Source: Fimbriimonadia bacterium
Lineage (GTDB): Bacteria > Armatimonadota > Fimbriimonadia > Fimbriimonadales > JABRVX01
NCBI GenBank assembly: GCA_041483895.1
Contig: JBGPGO010000002.1
Coordinates: forward strand, 32,001 to 96,000
DNA: 64,000 bases
Reading direction: 5' to 3'
Part shown: in pieces, positions 57,830-64,000 of the stretch
Layout: each line of letters opens with the position of its first letter
Position numbering within the stretch: the first letter of the stretch is position 1
The notes under the pieces: model-generated
The model's input: the letters and a program-made list of their open reading frames with translations, nothing else
Told to the model about the DNA's origin: nothing
Databases searched by the model: none
Position numbers and translations under genes: made by a program

Positions 57830-60292
57830 GTGGCGCGGTACAGTTTCTTTGTGGCAGTTGGCTTCTGTTTGCTCACATTCGCGGGCGCCGTAGCTCAACT
57901 ACAGCCGGGAAGTCCGTGGCCGACCTACCGACACGACAGCCAACGATCGAACAGAACGCCTGTACCGATCAATCCGACTCATCCGTTCACCTCCATCCCG
58001 CAATACGCAGGACTTGCTAGCATCGGATCGGATGGCACAATATATTACTTTGCAAGCAGGACGCTGCACGCCATGGCTAGGACGGGAGAAGAGAAGTGGC
58101 AATTCGTGACTGGCGGTTATAGGGACTTTCCGCCGGCAATTGCCGCAGATGGGACTCTATACGTTGGCAGCAAAAACAATGCGCTCTTTGCTTTGCGTCC
58201 AGATGGTTCATTGTCCTGGCGGCTGGATCGCCCGGGTAGATTCTTCAGCCCGGCCATCGGCGTTGGTGGAACGATCTTTGCCGCTTGCGCAGATGGCTAC
58301 CTTTACGCACTGTCGCCAGATGGCGGGATCCTATGGATCGGACATAGCGATGCCGGCTTTACCTCGTCCCCGCTCGTTGACCAGCAAGGCACAATTTTTG
58401 TAGTAGACGCAAGCGGCAATCTATACTCTTTCTCGTCGGCAGGCGTTCTGAACTGGATTCGCCCATTGGAACATTTGCCGACGGAAGAGCCTGCGTTTAC
58501 GCGAAGTGGACTGATTGTCGTTGCGGGAAATGGGGCGCTCGATGCGTATTCGCGCGACGGTGTTCTCATGTGGAGTACCAAACCACTGAAATACTTGCAA
58601 GAGCCGGTTGTAGGTCCCGATGATCGCATTTATCTTCAGGGGGGAGATGGTAGCGGCGCCACCACCATGAATTCGGTTGACGATTCCGGAAACACTGTTT
58701 GGAGCGCCGATTCAGACGGATCGTATTTTGGTGATGGCCCGTCTTTTCTCTCCGATGGCTCCGTTGTTTCGATGCGGTACCGATTTTCCCCCGCGGGTGT
58801 AAGGACATATTTCGGAATCAGTGCTGATATTCCCACAGTAGCCGGGGATGATGTGATGTTTAATTCCTCGGGCATTTTCAAGAATACCGGCAACAAAATG
58901 TGGACGTTGGATTATTCCGACGAATCGTTCATATCGGCTCCAGTCCTTGGCGGCAATGGTCTGATTTATTTTTGTACCGCCAATGGTTTTTTGGATGCTA
59001 TTGATTCAAGCGGTGAAATCTGGCTCCACCGAAAGTTAGATAGGTCCTACCGGCAGTTGGCCGCTCTAGCAGATGGCCGTATTTATGGCGTTGGGCCAGG
59101 TGTCGGTGGGATCAGCTGCTTTGATCTGATGGGCAATCAACTTTGGACCATCGCCGATACAAGCCGGTACGTTTTGCCAACGTTGGAGCCTGATGGTTCG
59201 GTAGTTACGGGTGGCATATATGTTACGCGCGTCTCGACGTTAGGCGACATTATGTGGAAGAAGAAATATAATATCGGTTCTCCTGCAGCAATTGATGCGA
59301 GCGGAAACATTTATTTCCAACCTGCATTAGGACAACTCACCGCGCTCGATCCGCAAGGAAATGTTATCTGGTCAGGTAAGAATAGCAGTCGGCCCTTGAT
59401 ATCCCCGTTGGTTTCTCCGGATGGCAGGGTCTACGCGCCAGGCGTCTCATACGAAACCTTGCATAACATAGTGCGATCCTATGATCAATTGGGCCAGGTC
59501 AGGTGGGATTATGATCTTGGGAGTTATCCGTGTGCCTCCGGTATCACTCTGTTGCCAGACGGATCGATTTCGTTCATAACCTCTGAAGGTCAGCTGTTCT
59601 GCATCACCGACTTCGGACAACTAAAGTGGAGAATCTTTCTCGAGCATGCAAGCGTGACGGCCAGCCCACAAATTGACGCATCCGGCGGACTCGTTGTCGT
59701 CGGGCATGGATGGATCTTACAGATTGACGAACGTGGTCAAGGGATCGCGGTTGCTAGCGCTGACCGAATTAGTACAATTGATAAGCCATTACTGCTTCCA
59801 GGGAGTAAAGTTGTATTAATTGACAACAGTGATCGCAATGCCTTGGCGGAGTATCAGCTTTGGACACGCCAAGTTACAGGGAGCATCAAATTCGGCAATG
59901 TTGTTGATTATCTGCCGCCTATCGTTAGTTTTCAGATGCGTCCAATTGGCAGCGGCCAGGAGTTTGGTAACGAGTTTGCCGTACTTGGCTCGGGCGGCGA
60001 ATATTTCCTCAATGTGCCCGAACTGGAGTTCGGCCTTTCTGCAAAGCCATCCCATTGGTTGCGCAACAGTAAGTTAATTGATGCCTCGAATGGGGATGTG
60101 AATGGAATTGATTTCAATTTCGTTAACGGTGACGCATTTGCCGACAATATCGTCGACTTACATGATTTGTCTGAGATATTCTTGGAATTTGGAAATGACG
60201 ACCCAATGGTGGACTTAGATGGCGATCGTGAAGTTGACGTCGCTGATATGACCATCGTCTTCCTCAATTTTGGTCAGCGCGGTGATCCGTAA
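57830..60292 (+). CDS. Secreted PQQ-like/BamB beta-propeller protein with C-terminal dockerin-like module
   Basis: SPWPTYRHD, PAIAADGTLYVGS, YALSPDG..W repeats; SHWLR...NGDAFADNIVDLHDL..DLDGDREVDVADM. Confidence 0.85.
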   Translation: MARYSFFVAVGFCLLTFAGAVAQLQPGSPWPTYRHDSQRSNRTPVPINPTHPFTSIPQYAGLASIGSDGTIYYFASRTLHAMARTGEEKWQFVTGGYRDFPPAIAADGTLYVGSKNNALFALRPDGSLSWRLDRPGRFFSPAIGVGGTIFAACADGYLYALSPDGGILWIGHSDAGFTSSPLVDQQGTIFVVDASGNLYSFSSAGVLNWIRPLEHLPTEEPAFTRSGLIVVAGNGALDAYSRDGVLMWSTKPLKYLQEPVVGPDDRIYLQGGDGSGATTMNSVDDSGNTVWSADSDGSYFGDGPSFLSDGSVVSMRYRFSPAGVRTYFGISADIPTVAGDDVMFNSSGIFKNTGNKMWTLDYSDESFISAPVLGGNGLIYFCTANGFLDAIDSSGEIWLHRKLDRSYRQLAALADGRIYGVGPGVGGISCFDLMGNQLWTIADTSRYVLPTLEPDGSVVTGGIYVTRVSTLGDIMWKKKYNIGSPAAIDASGNIYFQPALGQLTALDPQGNVIWSGKNSSRPLISPLVSPDGRVYAPGVSYETLHNIVRSYDQLGQVRWDYDLGSYPCASGITLLPDGSISFITSEGQLFCITDFGQLKWRIFLEHASVTASPQIDASGGLVVVGHGWILQIDERGQGIAVASADRISTIDKPLLLPGSKVVLIDNSDRNALAEYQLWTRQVTGSIKFGNVVDYLPPIVSFQMRPIGSGQEFGNEFAVLGSGGEYFLNVPELEFGLSAKPSHWLRNSKLIDASNGDVNGIDFNFVNGDAFADNIVDLHDLSEIFLEFGNDDPMVDLDGDREVDVADMTIVFLNFGQRGDP

Positions 60293-60396
60293 CCTGCGAT
60301 CCGCAGGTGCGGACAGTTCCCTTGACACGGGGAAGGGCCCAAAGGGATGCACGTGTGCATATTTGCACTAATGTCATTAACAATCCTGCACGAGCA

Positions 60397-60488
60397 TGTC
60401 CTGAGCGCGAGCGAAGGAAGCAATCCATAAAACATAGTCACAACCGTTCGACAAGCCCTCGGCTCCGCTCGGGCCATGGCTCAGGACA
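60397..60488. repeat. Degenerate REP-like inverted repeat (TGTCCTGAGC...GCTCAGGACA)
   Basis: Inverted arms; fragment of same type at 11059-11081. Confidence 0.55.
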
Positions 60489-60655
60489 AGCGTGACTAGC
60501 ATCCGAAACGGACGCCGCACGCGGCGGAGTTGCCGGCTCGGTTCGGCGGCAGGATCATCCAACAGAACGCAAATGCCCCCACCCTAGCCCTGCCCCGCAA
60601 GCGGGGGAGCGGATAAGAGTGACAATCCCCCCGAAGTAGCAAACAGAGGAACGAA

Positions 60656-61276
60656 CTACCGGAACTTGCTTGGGAACTGCTTCACGATACCCATCGACAG
60701 CATATCCGCCATGCGAAGAATATAATCGTGCACGCGGTCATAAGCTCTAATCGAGCCGGGATAGTCACCATGCAATTGCGCGACCGCCTCTTGGGTCGTC
60801 AGGTTCAGATGAGTGTGCATCATCGTTCGCATTTCCCGTGCCGGCCAATTCTTGGGATTCGCGCCGCTAAGGAATGCGGCTATCGCATCGGCGTTCGCCA
60901 ACCACCGGCGATTTGCGTCCGCAAGCTTGGTCTCGTCATCCATTTTCGCGGCGGCGACCACCTCGGCTGCCGTCGTGATGTGTTCTTTCAGGAGTGCGGT
61001 CAGCTTATTCCCAGCGGCCGTTCCATAAATCGGCTTGATGGCGTTGCCAATATCCGTCTGATTCCGAAGCAGCCGCTGTGTCGTCGCGTCTTTATCGGGC
61101 AGATCGGCGGCGGCGCTAACGATAAAGAGCCGGGTCCAAGTGATGTGATCTTCCCAGAGTTTCCGCATGGCGCTATGCAACGCGGCCTGTTTTGCCGTCA
61201 TTTTCTGTGCCGAAGCCGGGACGCTTGATAGAATCAACAAGGCTGAGCAAACGATAACATATATCTTGCATTTCAT
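60656..61276 (-). CDS. Secreted helical hypothetical protein (LWEDHITWTR family)
   Basis: RBS GGAGG, signal peptide, His-rich helical repeats (EDH, KEH, HTH). Confidence 0.75.
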   Translation of the reverse strand: MKCKIYVIVCSALLILSSVPASAQKMTAKQAALHSAMRKLWEDHITWTRLFIVSAAADLPDKDATTQRLLRNQTDIGNAIKPIYGTAAGNKLTALLKEHITTAAEVVAAAKMDDETKLADANRRWLANADAIAAFLSGANPKNWPAREMRTMMHTHLNLTTQEAVAQLHGDYPGSIRAYDRVHDYILRMADMLSMGIVKQFPSKFR

Positions 61277-61358
61277 TTTTCTGCCTCCACGAGTTTGACG
61301 AAATATGAAGTTTATCGGTTCCCGTTCACAATCCCCATTGTGAAGGTTCGTGTGGAAC

Positions 61359-61416
61359 CCCTTCACAGTGCGACTGTGAAGGGATAGCAAACCGTGGCGA
61401 CTGTGAAGGGATAGCA
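61359..61416. repeat. 25-bp palindrome copy plus partial tandem duplicate GCGACTGTGAAGGGATAGCA
   Basis: Identical to 31909-31933. Confidence 0.75.
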
Positions 61417-61468
61417 TCCCTTGACGATGCGAGCGGCGGGGATGAAGGGTACGCAACAGCCCCAACCG

Positions 61469-61684
61469 TCACGGAGGAATCTGTACAGAACGGGCGCGGC
61501 TGGTCGGTTCCGGCACGGGTTCTCCGTGCTCGATGAGGCTCTGGATATGCAATTGTATCGCCTCGCGCAAAAGCGACTCGGTCTCCTCGAAGGTGTCGCC
61601 GGCCGCGACGCACCCCGGTAGATCCGGCACGTAGCCGGACCAGTTCCCACCCGCCGGTTCAATGATGACAACGTATTCCTTCAC
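61469..61684 (-). CDS. hicB: HicB family antitoxin
   Basis: YVPDLPGCVAAGDTFEE...GEPVPEP. Confidence 0.92.
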   Translation of the reverse strand: MKEYVVIIEPAGGNWSGYVPDLPGCVAAGDTFEETESLLREAIQLHIQSLIEHGEPVPEPTSRARSVQIPP

Positions 61685-61875
61685 GGTCGAACCTCCAATT
61701 GCGCTTGCTTCCAGATGCTCTTAAGCGTACCCGGCGCAATCTCCTTATTCGGACGGCCCGCAACTGTCACGGTACCCGCCTTCGACGCATGGCGAAACTG
61801 GCGATGATTGCCCGTCGTGCGGACCAGCTTCCACCCATCCCGCTCCAACCTTTTGATCACGCCTCGTACCTGCAT
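61681..61875 (-). CDS. hicA: HicA family toxin
   Basis: LERDGW...GNHRQFRH...GTLKSIWKQA; ATGA overlap with hicB. Confidence 0.92.
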   Translation of the reverse strand: MQVRGVIKRLERDGWKLVRTTGNHRQFRHASKAGTVTVAGRPNKEIAPGTLKSIWKQAQLEVRP

Positions 61876-61981
61876 CGACTAGCTAGGGAACCATGTCACG
61901 ATCTCGGGGCCGTTGCTTTCAAGAGGATGGAACCCGGCACCTACGGCCCAAAAAAGGGAACTTGTGCGCAAAAGCGAACGT

Positions 61982-62006
61982 TTGACCAGAATAGTATTAT
62001 GGTCAA
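61982..62006. promoter_or_regulatory. Putative TetR operator
   Basis: TTGACCAGAATA-G-TATTATGGTCAA, 11/12 palindrome overlapping the TetR start codon. Confidence 0.7.
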
Positions 62007-62583
62007 CAGTCAAACCGACGAAAAGCACCCCGCCGTCTGCGCCGCCGTAATCGATGCCGCCGACCGGCTATTCGAGCGATATGGCTACCGAAAGACCACG
62101 GTCGAGGAGATCGCCCAAGAGGCCGGGATCGGCAAAGGCTCCGTCTACCTCCACTTTGCGAGCAAGGAGGAGATCGCCTTTGCCTGGGTGGACCGGCTGC
62201 ATTCCCGCCTCCACGAGCAGTTGGAAGAGATCGCGAAGGAGGGTATAGAGCGGTTCCTGTGCCAACGCGTGCTGCTACGCTACGACATCTTCCATCGCCA
62301 TCAGCGCAGCATGGATGAGGCCCTGGATCGGCTCGGCGAAGGTCTGCGCGCCAGGCGAGACGCCTTTCACGAGGTGGAGGCGAAGATGCTGGCAGGTATG
62401 TTGGATGCCAGCGCATGCCGCCTCGATCCATTGAAAACCGCCCGCAGCATGATCGTCGCCACAAACGGACTGATGCCCTATCGCCTTCGTCCGCAAGAGC
62501 TGGGCGCGCGAAAGCTGGTGGAAGCCAAAGTGAAAGACCTCGCGGCGCTGCTGTCGCTTGCGATTAGGGGAGGGAAGAAATGA
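61999..62583 (+). CDS. TetR/AcrR family transcriptional regulator
   Basis: AADRLFERYGYRKTTVEEIAQEAGIGKGSVYLHFASKEE. Confidence 0.93.
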   Translation: MVNSQTDEKHPAVCAAVIDAADRLFERYGYRKTTVEEIAQEAGIGKGSVYLHFASKEEIAFAWVDRLHSRLHEQLEEIAKEGIERFLCQRVLLRYDIFHRHQRSMDEALDRLGEGLRARRDAFHEVEAKMLAGMLDASACRLDPLKTARSMIVATNGLMPYRLRPQELGARKLVEAKVKDLAALLSLAIRGGKK

Positions 62584-64000
62584 GCCTAACGGAAGCCAAG
62601 AAGCCGGAAGAACCCCCGTCGAGCGACGGCAAAGCGGCGCAGGAGCCGAAGAAGCGCCGCAGCCCGATGGTCTTCATCGCGCCGGTGGTTTTCATCGCCC
62701 TCGCCGCCTACGGCATCCACATGTACATTTTTTCGATCACCCACGAAGTGACAGACAACGCTTTGCTGGATTCGGACGTCGTGCAGATCGCCCCGCAGGT
62801 AGTCGGCACCGTCAAAAGCGTGCTCGTAAGCGAGGCCGACCACGTGCACGCCGGCCAACTGATCGCAACGCTAGATGATGCGAAATATCGCGTCGCGGTT
62901 GGTCAAGCGAATGCAAATCTGGCCGGCGCAATCGCCGACGCAAAACAGGCGGGGGTAGACATATCCCTTACCGAAACAACCGGCCGGGCCGGCGAGACCT
63001 CCGCGGGCGGCCAGGTTGAGCAGGCGGCCGGCGGCGTCGGCGCGGCGGCGGCGGGAATCAAACAGGCGCAAGCGCATGTCGAAAATGCAAAGGCCGCCGT
63101 CGCGGTCGCCGAGGCGGAGGCCAGTAATTCGCATTTGGACATCCAGACCGCGCAGCTCAACCTCACAAAATCAAAGAACGCCGTCGCGACCAGCCAAGCG
63201 GCAGTAAGAACTGCGCAGGCAAACGTCGGGGTCTCCCAGGCGGCTGTCGATTCGGCCGCGGCGCAAGAGGCTTGGGCGTCGAAAGATTTGAAGCGATTTC
63301 AAGACCTCTACGCCTCGCAGGCGGTCAGTCTGAGCGACCTGCAAAAGGCCGAAACCGCGCACAATGCCGCGAAAGCCGCACTGGATTCCGCGCGAAAACA
63401 GCTCGAATCTTCCCGCGCTACGGTGGAGCAGCGGCAGGCGGATGTGGACGCCGCGCAAACGCAAGTTCGGGTCGCAGAAAACGCGATCCGTCAGGCGGAA
63501 GCCAACGCGAAGGCGGACGATCAAAAAATTACGCAGGCCGATTCCGGGGTGTTGGCTGCCCGAGCCGATCTGGACACGGCACAACGAGGCCTTGCCATCG
63601 CGATCGGCAAACGCACGCAATCGCTCGGGGAAAAGCGATCTGCGGCGACGACAAACGATAAGGTCGCGATGAAGCAGGCGGAACGCGATCAGGCGTTGGC
63701 AAGAGTCGACCTTGCAAAGGCTGCGCTGGCGAACGCGCAAATCGATCTGGAACACACGAAGATATATGCGCCGGTTGCCGGAAAGGTGGCGAAGAAGGTG
63801 GTGCAGGTCGGGCAACTGGCGCAGCTCGGCGCGCCGCTGCTCTCCATCGTTTCCGACGAAATGCCCTACGTCGTCGCAAACTTCAAGGAGACCCAAATGC
63901 ATGATATGCGGGTGGGCGAAGCGGTGGACATCGATGTGGACGCTTTCCCCGGAAAAACGTTTCACGGGAAGGTGGACAGCCTGTCTCCGGCCACCGGCTC
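62580..64000 (+). CDS. HlyD/EmrA family efflux membrane-fusion protein (runs off window)
   Basis: TM, TDNA...IAPQVVG, long coiled coil, TKIYAPVAG, VVANFKETQ, IDVDAFPG. Confidence 0.9.
   Translation, partial: MSLTEAKKPEEPPSSDGKAAQEPKKRRSPMVFIAPVVFIALAAYGIHMYIFSITHEVTDNALLDSDVVQIAPQVVGTVKSVLVSEADHVHAGQLIATLDDAKYRVAVGQANANLAGAIADAKQAGVDISLTETTGRAGETSAGGQVEQAAGGVGAAAAGIKQAQAHVENAKAAVAVAEAEASNSHLDIQTAQLNLTKSKNAVATSQAAVRTAQANVGVSQAAVDSAAAQEAWASKDLKRFQDLYASQAVSLSDLQKAETAHNAAKAALDSARKQLESSRATVEQRQADVDAAQTQVRVAENAIRQAEANAKADDQKITQADSGVLAARADLDTAQRGLAIAIGKRTQSLGEKRSAATTNDKVAMKQAERDQALARVDLAKAALANAQIDLEHTKIYAPVAGKVAKKVVQVGQLAQLGAPLLSIVSDEMPYVVANFKETQMHDMRVGEAVDIDVDAFPGKTFHGKVDSLSPATG

Overview
GC-rich bacterial chromosomal window, most likely Armatimonadota/Fimbriimonadia-like. 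This is inferred from the prepilin 'FTLIELLVVIAIIAILAAILFPVFAQA' family, a PEP-CTERM protein, dockerin-like C-termini and 'LLR..ELLR' HEAT-like proteins. Housekeeping genes: queC, queE, argG, tsaC/sua5, recN, nuoH-J-K-L-M-N, tRNA-Lys(CTT). These are interleaved with carbohydrate-active enzymes (GH38, MGH1/GH63-like), many secreted proteins and several families of REP-like palindromes. Two accessory patches stand out: a Mrr-containing insertion at about 9.9-14.9 kb, and a decayed island next to tRNA-Lys at about 19.9-29.1 kb. The top observation is a secreted protein (36416-37519) whose otherwise intact frame has one in-frame TGA. That TGA sits exactly where its tandem paralog has Cys (GECG*TGN vs GECGCTGN) and is followed by a long foldable hairpin, so it is a candidate new C-G-U selenoprotein family, or else a very recent nonsense mutation. 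Other notable items: a shared dockerin-like C-terminal module on five secreted proteins; a duplicated GH38 5' end bracketing mrr; a 14-repeat WD40-caspase with position-specific variation; an unannotated 40-aa pilin-like peptide; a Ser-nucleophile GGT; and a palindromic 9-mer array inserted in frame in recN. All assignments come from manual motif reading. No searches or folding programs were run.
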